A stretch of 64,000 nucleotides of DNA, from positions 2,976,001 to 3,040,000 of the forward strand of contig OZ244065.1 of assembly GCA_965215505.1 (NCBI GenBank), written 5' to 3'. This document shows, piece after piece, positions 10,381 to 19,127 of this stretch. Position 1 is the first letter of the stretch. Each line of letters starts with the position of its first letter. The notes below the pieces were generated by a model that ran no database searches, was not told the origin of the DNA, and was given only the letters and a program-made list of their open reading frames with translations. Position numbers and translations under genes: made by a program. Source of the DNA: Capsulimonadaceae bacterium. Its GTDB lineage: Bacteria > Armatimonadota > Armatimonadia > Armatimonadales > Capsulimonadaceae.

Positions 10381-10809
10381 ATGACGATCACCTACAAGAC
10401 CGACACAGATGGCGTTGACTGGCACGAGATGAAGGCGACGCTGTTGGCAGATGACTTTGACAACGGGCGCACCCCGGCGCAGCTTGAAATGTCGTTCGCG
10501 AACAGCGCCCACGTCTGTCTCGCCTACGCCGAGGGGAAGATCATCGGTACGGCCCGCGCCCTCTCGGACGGCGTCTGCAACGGCTACATCGTGGACGTCT
10601 GGACTCTGACGGCCCACCGCCATCAGGGCATCGCTTCGGCCATGATGCGGCGTCTGCTGGACAAGATGCCGGGGCAGCATGTGTACCTGTTTTCGGACGA
10701 CGCGGTGGACTTTTACCAAAAGCTCGGCTTCGTGGAGCGCCCGGTGGGTTTAGAGACCGTGGTCGGGCGGTGGCTGGAGAATGCTCCTCTCCCTCACAGT
10801 ACGGACTGA
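10381..10809 (+). CDS. GNAT acetyltransferase
   Basis: IIGTARALSDG, HRHQGIA, FYQKLGF. Confidence 0.85.
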   Translation: MTITYKTDTDGVDWHEMKATLLADDFDNGRTPAQLEMSFANSAHVCLAYAEGKIIGTARALSDGVCNGYIVDVWTLTAHRHQGIASAMMRRLLDKMPGQHVYLFSDDAVDFYQKLGFVERPVGLETVVGRWLENAPLPHSTD

Positions 10810-10843
10810 CGCGGGCATGAACGCAGGCCCATTGAGGGGATAA

Positions 10844-11110
10844 ATGGACGTTTGGCCGCCTCCACCGACTAACAAGAAGCCTGAGCCTGACGGCAGGCAT
10901 GGTATGCCAGGGCTACTGATCATTAAGACAGTGGCTTATGTCGCCGCACTTGTTGGGGCTTTGCTTGTGTCTCTCATCTTCTACGCCGTCATTGCCGGAG
11001 ATCAGGCACCTGGTAAACATTCGCCCCGCCCGGTCGGCTGGGCGTTGGCGTCGGTTGTTCTGGCATGGGTAGTCGTCACCGGCCTGAACCGCTGGCGGAA
11101 GAAGCGTTAG
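10844..11110 (+). CDS. Small 2-TM membrane protein
   Basis: RBS GAGGG, MDVWPPPP start, two TM segments. Confidence 0.55.
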   Translation: MDVWPPPPTNKKPEPDGRHGMPGLLIIKTVAYVAALVGALLVSLIFYAVIAGDQAPGKHSPRPVGWALASVVLAWVVVTGLNRWRKKR

Positions 11111-11230
11111 CATCTGTTCATCTAGGCCGAGGCTTTATGCGCGCCATCTGAACGCGAGAGCCGCTGACAGGGCAAGCGACATCCCTTCCGCGAAGTTCGC
11201 GCCGGGGAGAGGAACGGGTATCATCACCCC

Positions 11231-11917
11231 ATGGGCGGCTATTACATCAATGTCAACATCAAGGCGACCGATTCGGGCAAAGTGCGCGGGCTGCTGACGA
11301 CACTCTTCACCGGCGAAGGCTTCCGGCCAATCGCGGAGGCGTCGGCCTCCGCCGTGACCGAGGATGAGGCCAACCTGCCGGATGGCGACGGCTGGTACGG
11401 CGTCCTCGTCAGCGGCGTGTCGGGCAAGGGGTGGGTTTCGGTCTATGTCGAGGACTGGCAGGACAGCGGGTTCCTCGCCAAGCGCCTGTCGCAAGCCGCT
11501 GAGGCCCCCGTTCTGGAGACGTGGGTGGCGGATGACACCCATTGGGGCTATAACTACTATCAGGGTGGCGAGGTGCGGGACCGCTTCGCCGACGATCCTT
11601 CCAAAGTCGCCGAGGACGCAGACGAAGCCGCGCTGTACCGGGGCGATGCCACTGCGCTTGCCCCCATCCTGCAAGTCCCGGCGGCCCGGTTTGAGGCCGC
11701 GCTGCAAGAGGCGCGCGAGAGCGCAGGCCAGTTCGCGGCGGGGCCGCTGGACGCGCTGGCCCTGGCCGTCGGCCTGCCGTTCGAACACGTCTTCACCAGC
11801 TACGACCACTTCTTCGACGACGACCCCGAGGACTACAGCGAAGACCTGGAAGACTGGCCCGCCTTCCGGCACCTTGCCTTCCAGCCGCCGCCGGGGCGAG
11901 AGACGCTTTCGGAGTGA
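11231..11917 (+). CDS. Acidic hypothetical protein
   Basis: 228-aa ORF with protein-like composition; TATCAT -10 just upstream (leaderless). Confidence 0.7.
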   Translation: MGGYYINVNIKATDSGKVRGLLTTLFTGEGFRPIAEASASAVTEDEANLPDGDGWYGVLVSGVSGKGWVSVYVEDWQDSGFLAKRLSQAAEAPVLETWVADDTHWGYNYYQGGEVRDRFADDPSKVAEDADEAALYRGDATALAPILQVPAARFEAALQEARESAGQFAAGPLDALALAVGLPFEHVFTSYDHFFDDDPEDYSEDLEDWPAFRHLAFQPPPGRETLSE

Positions 11918-11920
11918 GGA

Positions 11921-12138
11921 AGGGAGGGGAGTAGGACGAGGGCAGAGGGACGAGTGATTGAAATCACTCGCTACGGCAGGATTTGTCCAGGGGGACAAGG
12001 GAGCGTCAGAGGCCTCGGCACGGTTCCCGATCCTGCCCCTCTTCCCGGTCCTGCCCCTCTTCTGTCCCCTGGACAGGTCTGATGGGAGCGAGTGATTTCA
12101 ATCACTCGTCCCTCTGCCCTCGTCCTACTCCCCTCCCT
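11921..12138. repeat. REPIN-like element, family A (copy 2) with perfect 52-bp inverted arms
   Basis: 11921-11972 is the exact reverse complement of 12087-12138; inner GTCCAGGGGAC/GTCCCCTGGAC. Confidence 0.9.
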
Positions 12139-12144
12139 CCACTT

Positions 12145-13749
12145 ATGAGCCAAACCAAGACCCTCCGCGACCGCAAGCGCCAGCTCGGCCAGTTCCTCAC
12201 GCCGCCGGAGACGGCCCGCCGCCTGCTTGAAAACTTCGCCTTTGCCCGCGACGACACGGTCCTGGAACCGAGCTTTGGCGACGGCTCGTTTTTGCTGCCT
12301 CTGATCGAGAAATTCCTGCCCTTATACGATGGCCCTCTGGCGGAGCGGCTGGACCAGGTATTGAGCCGCAACATCTACGGTGTGGAGATTGACCCCGCCC
12401 TCTATGCCTGCTGTCTTGACGCCATCGCTCGGCGATGGGGGTACTGTCCCGGTAGCCATAACCTGCTGTGCGGAGACTTCTTTCGGACCGCGTTTCCCGC
12501 CCACTTTGCTTACATCATCGGCAACCCGCCGTTTGGCGGGACGATCGCGCCGGAACTTCAAGACGCGCTGGACCGGGAATTTGGGTGGCGTGGCGGGCTG
12601 AAGATCAAAAAGGAAACCTACTCGTTTTTCATCGTCAAGTGCCTGGACCTGCTGAAACCCGGCGGGCGGCTGCGCTTCATTTGCAGCGACACGTTCCTGA
12701 CCATCAACACCATGCAAGGCCTCCGGCGGCTCCTGCTGGACACTGGGGCACCCAAAGTGACTCGGCTGGACGTGTTCTCGGAGGAGACGAAGTACGCGAT
12801 GGTGGTCCTGGACTACGCCAAGACAGGCCCCGTCCCCGCACTGACGGTGGACGGCAAGGCAGTGACGCGGGAGCAGATCGCGCTCACCGGCAACCACTCG
12901 TGGCAGATCACGGACGATTACGCGCCTTACTTCGCCGGGCCGAGGCTCGGGGATTACTTACTGGCGACAAGCGGCATGACCATCGGGAACAATGCCCTGT
13001 TCGTGCGGCCTATCGTGGACGGCAAGGTCATGGAGCCTTACGACTTCGAGTTTTTTGACCAGCCGACTACGCTGGAAAACGAGGTGCGGCGGGCGCGGCT
13101 CGGTTTCCTTTCCCCGGCGAAGCGGGCCGAGATCGCCGCGCAAGCCTGTCGGGGCGAGACGCGGCGCAGCGTGCGCGGCCTGCCGCGAGCGGAGGCGCTG
13201 ACGGTCACGCTCCCCCACCCCGACTACCGGCCTTACAACAAGGCATTGAACGCGCTGGTCTATGCGCCTCCTTCCCATGTCGTCTACTGGAAAGACGAGG
13301 GCGAGGCCGTGATGACTTTCAAGAAGGGCGGCCCGTGGTATCTGCACGGGGTCGGCGGCGCAAAGCATTTCGGGCGCGAGGGCTTGACCTGGCAGCTCAT
13401 CTCGCAGACCTTAAACGCGCGCTATCTGCCGCCCGGCTACATATTTGATAGCGGAGCGCCCTGCGCCTTCTTGCGCGAGGGCGTGGCGGGCAACGAGCTA
13501 TACTTTATCCTGGGCTGGACGTTTTCGGACCTGTGCCACCGGCTGCTGAAAGACGTCATCAACCATACGAAGAACATCCAGGGCAAGGACTTCGAGCGGC
13601 TGCCTTATCCGTTCTGGGTGACGGCGGAGACGAAGCGGGCGGTGACGGAGCAGGTCAAGGGGATGGTGGCCGAGGCGCAGGCGGGGCGCGTGTTCCGGCG
13701 GGGGGATGCGGAGGTTGCGGAGGTCGGGGCGGCGTTCTTGATGCCGTGA
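12145..13749 (+). CDS. N6-adenine DNA methyltransferase (gamma class, TaqI/Eco57I-like)
   Basis: LGQFLTP, motif I VLEPSFGDGSFL, motif IV IIGNPPF; C-terminal FGREGLTW...ARYLPPGYIFD specificity-like region. Confidence 0.88.
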   Translation: MSQTKTLRDRKRQLGQFLTPPETARRLLENFAFARDDTVLEPSFGDGSFLLPLIEKFLPLYDGPLAERLDQVLSRNIYGVEIDPALYACCLDAIARRWGYCPGSHNLLCGDFFRTAFPAHFAYIIGNPPFGGTIAPELQDALDREFGWRGGLKIKKETYSFFIVKCLDLLKPGGRLRFICSDTFLTINTMQGLRRLLLDTGAPKVTRLDVFSEETKYAMVVLDYAKTGPVPALTVDGKAVTREQIALTGNHSWQITDDYAPYFAGPRLGDYLLATSGMTIGNNALFVRPIVDGKVMEPYDFEFFDQPTTLENEVRRARLGFLSPAKRAEIAAQACRGETRRSVRGLPRAEALTVTLPHPDYRPYNKALNALVYAPPSHVVYWKDEGEAVMTFKKGGPWYLHGVGGAKHFGREGLTWQLISQTLNARYLPPGYIFDSGAPCAFLREGVAGNELYFILGWTFSDLCHRLLKDVINHTKNIQGKDFERLPYPFWVTAETKRAVTEQVKGMVAEAQAGRVFRRGDAEVAEVGAAFLMP

Positions 13750-13802
13750 CGGCGGCGAACAGGCGTGCGTCCACGCGAATATATGGTAGAATGTCTGCCA
13801 TC

Positions 13803-14657
13803 ATGTTCGACACGATCTACGGCGTGGATTTCAGCGGGGCGCGGCTGGCGGGCCGCCATGCCTGGGTGGCGCGCATCGAGCGCGCGGCCCCGCCTTCCCC
13901 TTCCGCCTACCGACTGACGCGGCTCGCGCGGCTGGACGCGCTGGCGGGCGCGGCGGAGCGCGAGTCGGCCCTGGCCCATCTGGTGCAGGCCGTCATGGCT
14001 TCCGACAGCGCTCTGTGGGCGTTGGGCTTCCCCTTCGGCCTGCCGGTCGAGGTGCTGCCCCAGACGGAGCAGGGCGGCTGGCCGAGCCAGATCGAGTTCC
14101 TGCGGGAATGGGGCGAGGACGCCTACGCGGCGGGCGTCGAGTGCCTGAACCGGGCGAAGGCGCTGGGACATCAGGGGCATATCCGTCGCCTGACCGATGT
14201 GGAAACGCGGGCACCGTGGGACACCTACAGCTACCGCATCATCTACCAGACATTCTATGGGATGCGCGACGTGCTGGGGAAACTATGGGGCACGGATGGC
14301 ACGGTCATTCTGCCCTTCGACTACGCGCGCCTGCCGAGTGCGCGGCGTGTGGTTGTGGAAGCCTGCCCTGCCTCCACGCTGAAACGGCTGGGCCTGCCGC
14401 ACACCGGCTACAAGGTGACGGGGGCAGGGGCACTGACGGCGGCCCACCGGCGGGCGCGGCGGCAGATCGTGGCGGGACTTGCGGGACACGTCTCGGTGGG
14501 CCGTGTCCGCCGCCGGCTTCTGATGCAGGACCCGGCGGGCGATGCCCTGGATGCACTGATCGCCGCCGTCGGCGCGGCGGGGGCGTGGGCGTATATGGAC
14601 CATAGAGAGGCCGCCGTTCACCCGCGCTATGTGCGGGAGGGGCGGCATTATGCGTAG
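13803..14657 (+). CDS. DUF429-like predicted RNase H-fold nuclease
   Basis: IYGVDFSGA, FPFGLP, VVEACPASTL, DALDALIAA; alternative start at 13791. Confidence 0.72.
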   Translation: MFDTIYGVDFSGARLAGRHAWVARIERAAPPSPSAYRLTRLARLDALAGAAERESALAHLVQAVMASDSALWALGFPFGLPVEVLPQTEQGGWPSQIEFLREWGEDAYAAGVECLNRAKALGHQGHIRRLTDVETRAPWDTYSYRIIYQTFYGMRDVLGKLWGTDGTVILPFDYARLPSARRVVVEACPASTLKRLGLPHTGYKVTGAGALTAAHRRARRQIVAGLAGHVSVGRVRRRLLMQDPAGDALDALIAAVGAAGAWAYMDHREAAVHPRYVREGRHYA

Positions 14658-14662
14658 GGGCC

Positions 14663-14747
14663 AAAGAGGGCGCGGGTGGGGAAAGAGGGCGCGGGTGGGG
14701 GAAGAGGGCGCGGTGTTTGGATAGGGCGCGATGAATCGCGCCCCTAC
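14663..14747. repeat. 19-bp tandem repeat plus GTAG-type REP hairpin
   Basis: AAAGAGGGCGCGGGTGGGG x2 plus partial copy, then GGGCGCGATGAATCGCGCCCCTAC. Confidence 0.8.
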
Positions 14748-15172
14748 AGTTGCAGGCGCATCAGGTAGTGAGGAATGCCCGCGTCGTCGAACTCCTCGCC
14801 TTCGGCCACGAAGCCCAGGCGCTCGTAGAATGGGATGGCGTAGGTCTGCGAGTCCAGCATCGCCTCAGAGAATCCCTGCCGCCGGGCTTCGTCCAAGACG
14901 GCGCGCATCAGGAGGAGGCCCAGGCCACGGCCGCGCATTTCTTGTAGGACGGCGACGCGGCCGATCTTCGCTCGGCCGTGTTTGTCCAACAGCCGCGCGG
15001 TTGCCAAGGGCACGTCCCCATCCCGGAGCAGGAAATGGGTGGCGGTGTCGTCGTACTCGTCCAGTTCCAGCTCGACGGGAACGGCCTGCTCCTCGACGAA
15101 CACGGTCTTGCGGATGGCGTAGCACGCCTCGAACTCTGCGGGCGTTTGAACGATGGTGATGGTTACGGGCAT
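14744..15172 (-). CDS. GNAT acetyltransferase (ElaA/YjcF-like)
   Basis: IRKTVFVEEQ, KIGRVAVL, FYERLGF, AGIPH. Confidence 0.88.
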   Translation of the reverse strand: MPVTITIVQTPAEFEACYAIRKTVFVEEQAVPVELELDEYDDTATHFLLRDGDVPLATARLLDKHGRAKIGRVAVLQEMRGRGLGLLLMRAVLDEARRQGFSEAMLDSQTYAIPFYERLGFVAEGEEFDDAGIPHYLMRLQL

Positions 15173-15180
15173 AGGATAGA

Positions 15181-15873
15181 TCAGTCCAGGAAACGGAATT
15201 TGAGCAGCGCCCAGGCGGCGTCGAAGGCGTCACGCCAGCCGATCTTTTTGCCCTGCGCTTCGGTCCGAGGGTGGTAGCGGATCGGCACCTCGTAGACCTT
15301 ATACCCGCGCTTGATGATCTTGGCGGTCACCTCGGGGCAGAAGTCGAAGCGGGCGCAGCGCAGGGGGATGGAGGCTAGGACGTCCCGGCGGAACATCTTG
15401 TAGCAGGTGGCCTCGTCGGTGATTTGGGTGCCAAACAGGGCATTGGTGAGCCAGGGCAGCAGCCGGCGGGCGACATAAAACTTGTCGCGCACCTCCTGGT
15501 TCAGTCGAACAGCCTCAGCGGACAGCCGCGTCCCGTAGACGACGGCAGCGCCCGCCTCGATCTGCCGGAGCATCGGCCCGAAGTCGCGCGGGTCGTACTC
15601 GCAGTCGGCATCCTGGATGACCACCACGTCGCCCGTCGCGTGGGCGAGGGCCGCGCGGATCGCCGCGCCCTTGCCGGCGTTTTGGGGGGCGTAAACGATC
15701 TTGAGGTGCGGGTCGTGCGCTTCTTCCAGGGCGCGCAGCCGTGCCCGCGTCTCGTCGGTCGAGCCATCGTCCACCACGACCAGTTCCAGGTCGAGCGGCA
15801 GGGCCAGCACCTCGCCGATGATGCGCGCCACCGTGTCTTCCTCATTGTAGACCGGCATCAGAACGGACAGCAT
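15181..15873 (-). CDS. Glycosyltransferase family 2 (DPM1-like)
   Basis: LSVLMPVYNE, VVDDGSTD, GKGAA, IQDADCEYDP. Confidence 0.9.
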   Translation of the reverse strand: MLSVLMPVYNEEDTVARIIGEVLALPLDLELVVVDDGSTDETRARLRALEEAHDPHLKIVYAPQNAGKGAAIRAALAHATGDVVVIQDADCEYDPRDFGPMLRQIEAGAAVVYGTRLSAEAVRLNQEVRDKFYVARRLLPWLTNALFGTQITDEATCYKMFRRDVLASIPLRCARFDFCPEVTAKIIKRGYKVYEVPIRYHPRTEAQGKKIGWRDAFDAAWALLKFRFLD

Positions 15874-15881
15874 GACCAGCT

Positions 15882-16178
15882 TTAGCTTTCCTTCTCTTTG
15901 GGGTTTGGCAGGCGCCGCTCGAACTTCAGCAGATCGTTTTCCAACTGGAGCACAATCATCTTGCGCTCCTGGGCTTCGTTATCGCTGACGCGGCGAATCT
16001 CATAGGCCAGACGGTCAAAGCCCCGCGCCATGTCCCGGACTTCGCGACGCAATTCGTTGAAATCGCGCTGCAAATCTTTGACCTCCTGCTCGACCCTCTT
16101 GATGTCGGTCTTGTTCTGCTGAACGTCTTTGCTGAGTGAGAAAAGCTTTGCCGTCAGGTCGAGAACTTGCTTCCACAT
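15882..16178 (-). CDS. Coiled-coil hypothetical protein
   Basis: 98 aa with heptad pattern; operon spacing. Confidence 0.65.
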   Translation of the reverse strand: MWKQVLDLTAKLFSLSKDVQQNKTDIKRVEQEVKDLQRDFNELRREVRDMARGFDRLAYEIRRVSDNEAQERKMIVLQLENDLLKFERRLPNPKEKES

Positions 16179-16180
16179 CG

Positions 16181-16402
16181 CTAAATTGCGCTCCAGAAGT
16201 TCGCCATGATGGCGCGTGTCTCATCTCCTATTGCTTGTGCTTCAACCCTCAGCATAGCCTTCTCTGCTCTAATTTGCGCGATCTCGGCATCATCCGCTTT
16301 CATCTGCTCGCGGATTTCGTCAATCTGGCGGAGCATCTGCGAGATCGCAGCTTCCATGTCCTTGGGATTGTCGGAAACGATCACTGTTGATGCCGTGTCC
16401 AT
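16181..16402 (-). CDS. Small coiled-coil hypothetical protein
   Basis: 73 aa, AAGGAG RBS upstream, 2-nt gap to next gene. Confidence 0.65.
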   Translation of the reverse strand: MDTASTVIVSDNPKDMEAAISQMLRQIDEIREQMKADDAEIAQIRAEKAMLRVEAQAIGDETRAIMANFWSAI

Positions 16403-16484
16403 TCAGGTAGGCTCCTTTGTTGTGCTTTTGCGGGCTTCTTCGTTGGGTATTATACCAGAACCGCGACTGTCCGCGCCCGGCGGC

Positions 16485-16513
16485 TTGACAAAGGCACCTT
16501 TGATGCCTATAAT
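16485..16513 (+). promoter_or_regulatory. Consensus sigma-70 promoter of PBP1A gene
   Basis: TTGACA-17 nt-TATAAT. Confidence 0.8.
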
Positions 16514-16527
16514 ATGGTAGAGGTATT

Positions 16528-19113
16528 ATGGCTACAACCGGCACACCACGACGATCCGCGACCGGCGGCGCGGCGGCCCCGCCGCGCTCCCCGGCCCGCA
16601 GCGGGAACGGCAGAGGCAAAGCGCAGCCCGCACCGCGCCGCAGGCGGAGCCGCGTCTGGGCGGGCATCGCCGCGTTCCTCCAGATCATCACCCTCCTCAT
16701 TCTCATCCCCACCGTCGTTGTGATGGGATATGCCTTCTGGCGTTTCAAGACCGCGCCACACACCATTGACCTGCCCGAAACGGCATTGGGCATCACCTAC
16801 GTCTACTCCTCCGACGGCACCCCGCTGGCCGAGTATTTCACCGAGCGGCGCAAAGTCGTCCCTATCGAGGACATCCCCAAAAACTTGCAGAACGCCACGG
16901 TCGCCTTCGAGGACCGACGGTTTTACACGCACGGGGGCGTGGACGTCCAGGGCATCGGGCGCGCGCTCTGGAGCAACTTCCGGCACCAGGACATGAAGGG
17001 CGAAGGCGGAAGCACCATCACGCAGCAGCTCGCCCGTAACCTCGGGGTCGGCGGGCTGACCCGGCAGAAGTCGCTGGGGCGCAAGTTCAACGAGCTGATC
17101 ATCGCCCAGCAGATCGACAACAGCTACACCAAGCAGGACATCCTGGCGAAGTACCTGAACCAGATCAACTACGGCAGTGGCGCTTACGGCGTTGAGGCCG
17201 CCGCCGAGGTCTACTTCAACAAGCACGTCAAGCAGCTCGACCTGGCCCAGTGCGCCCTGCTCGCCGGACTGCCCAACCGCCCCAACGATTTCAGTCCCTA
17301 CAACGACATCGACGCCGCCGAGGGCCAGCGCAACCGCGTCCTGGATCAGATGCTGAAGGAGCATTATATCACCCCTGCCCAGTACACGCAGGCGGTGAAA
17401 GAAAAGATCAAACTGGCCGGACTGAAGCCCGCCTCGCAGGGCAGCCAGATATTCCACGCCCCCTACTTCGTTAACTACGTCGTGGACCAGATCCGGCGCA
17501 AGTACGGGCCGGACTATGTCACGAACGGGAACCTGAAGATCTACACCACCCTCAACTGGCCGATGCAGCAGCGCGCCGAGCAGGCGGTGAAGGACGGACT
17601 GGCCCATGTGCGCGGGGACGGCCCCACGCAGAGCGCCCTGGTGTGTCTTGACCCGAAAACGGGCGAGATCAAGGCCATGGTCGGCGGCGCGGACTACAAG
17701 AAGAGCCAGTTCAACATCGCCGCCCAGGCCCGCCGCCAGCCCGGCTCGTCCTTCAAAGCCGTGGTCTACTCGGCGGCCATCAATGACGGCTCGGTGCGGG
17801 AAACTACCACCGTCATGGACGCGCGCACCAGTTTCGGGGGTGGAAAAAAGCCTTACACACCGAAGGACGACAACGGCTACTCGGACCGGAGCGTGACGCT
17901 GAAGGAAGCAATGGCACAGTCCATCAACGTCCCCGCCGTGAAGGTGCTGCACCTGATCGGGCCGCAGGCGGCGATCCGTTATGCGCGCATGATGGGCGTC
18001 CACTCTCCGCTCGATCCGGTGCCGTCCCTCGCCCTCGGCTCCAGCGGCGTGACGCCGCTGGAGATGGCGAGCGTCTACTGCACCTTCCCAGCCGGCGGCA
18101 ACCACCCGGAACCGTCCGCCTGGACGCGGATGACCGATGCCCAGGATAACGTGCTGGAGGACGTGCCGCCGGCCATCGAGACGCATGTGCTCCAAAAGGA
18201 GACCGTCGCGCAGCTCGACGACATGCTGCGCGCGGTCGTCACCGAGGGCACGGCGGACAAGGTAGCAGGCATGCCGCCCGACGCGCGCGGCAAGACCGGC
18301 ACGACGCAGGGCCACAAGGACGTCTGGTTCGTCGGCTACACGCCCGACCTGGTCTGCGCGGTCTGGGCGGGGCACCCCATCTACGAGTCACGGACCTCGG
18401 CCCCTTCGTATGGCGAGGAGATGGCCGGGAACGCCTGGGGGTCCACCGTCTGCGCCCCGATCTGGGCGCAGTTCATGGATCAGGCCCTGCCGATCTTTAA
18501 GGCGGCGCGCGGCAAGGAGATCGCGCGGGAGAAGGCCAAGCTGCCCCCGGTCGTCAAGCCCGTCACGAATGCGGACAAGGCGGCGGCGGTGGAGGCGGCC
18601 CCGGCGGATGCTCCTTCCGACACCCCGCCGGCCGACACGCCCCGCCCGTCCCGGCGCGCGCGGCGGAGCCAGCCGCACGACAACGGCGACGGCACCGTCA
18701 CCGTGAACGTGGACGACAGCAGCAGCCTGCTCGCGCCCGACGGCGCACCGGACTCGCACCCGGAGACGTTCACGGCCGGCACACAGCCGTCCACGCTGTC
18801 CCCCCAGTACACGAAGCCGCAGAGCGGCGGCGACAGCACTGACGGCGGGACGGGCGACTCAAGCACCTCGGGCGCTTCCGGCACGTCCGGCGACGCGGCT
18901 CCTTCCCCGGACACGTCGGACACGTCCCGCTCGCGGAGGCACCGCCGGCACGAGGCGAGCGCGGCCGAAGACACCGTCACCGTGACGATCAACCCCGAGG
19001 ACGGCCTGCTCGCGACCAAATGGGACCCGCAGACGGTCACGCGGACCTACCCGCGCGGGCAGGAGCCGCACCGCCACAGCCGCATGTACCCGCCGCCGCC
19101 GGGAGAACAGTAA
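16528..19113 (+). CDS. Class A penicillin-binding protein (PBP1A family)
   Basis: EDRRFYTH, GGSTITQQLAR, RQPGSSFK, SINVP, GKTGT; low-complexity tail. Confidence 0.93.
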   Translation: MATTGTPRRSATGGAAAPPRSPARSGNGRGKAQPAPRRRRSRVWAGIAAFLQIITLLILIPTVVVMGYAFWRFKTAPHTIDLPETALGITYVYSSDGTPLAEYFTERRKVVPIEDIPKNLQNATVAFEDRRFYTHGGVDVQGIGRALWSNFRHQDMKGEGGSTITQQLARNLGVGGLTRQKSLGRKFNELIIAQQIDNSYTKQDILAKYLNQINYGSGAYGVEAAAEVYFNKHVKQLDLAQCALLAGLPNRPNDFSPYNDIDAAEGQRNRVLDQMLKEHYITPAQYTQAVKEKIKLAGLKPASQGSQIFHAPYFVNYVVDQIRRKYGPDYVTNGNLKIYTTLNWPMQQRAEQAVKDGLAHVRGDGPTQSALVCLDPKTGEIKAMVGGADYKKSQFNIAAQARRQPGSSFKAVVYSAAINDGSVRETTTVMDARTSFGGGKKPYTPKDDNGYSDRSVTLKEAMAQSINVPAVKVLHLIGPQAAIRYARMMGVHSPLDPVPSLALGSSGVTPLEMASVYCTFPAGGNHPEPSAWTRMTDAQDNVLEDVPPAIETHVLQKETVAQLDDMLRAVVTEGTADKVAGMPPDARGKTGTTQGHKDVWFVGYTPDLVCAVWAGHPIYESRTSAPSYGEEMAGNAWGSTVCAPIWAQFMDQALPIFKAARGKEIAREKAKLPPVVKPVTNADKAAAVEAAPADAPSDTPPADTPRPSRRARRSQPHDNGDGTVTVNVDDSSSLLAPDGAPDSHPETFTAGTQPSTLSPQYTKPQSGGDSTDGGTGDSSTSGASGTSGDAAPSPDTSDTSRSRRHRRHEASAAEDTVTVTINPEDGLLATKWDPQTVTRTYPRGQEPHRHSRMYPPPPGEQ

Positions 19114-19127
19114 GACATCCCCGCGCC

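Noticed and set aside
12145-13749. BREX PglX assignment
   Set aside because: Too short, and no brxC/pglZ neighbours
16507-18375. Long antisense ORFs (also 8278-9804, 33197-34720, 49836-51014)
   Set aside because: Shadow frames of GC-rich genes with no recognisable motifs
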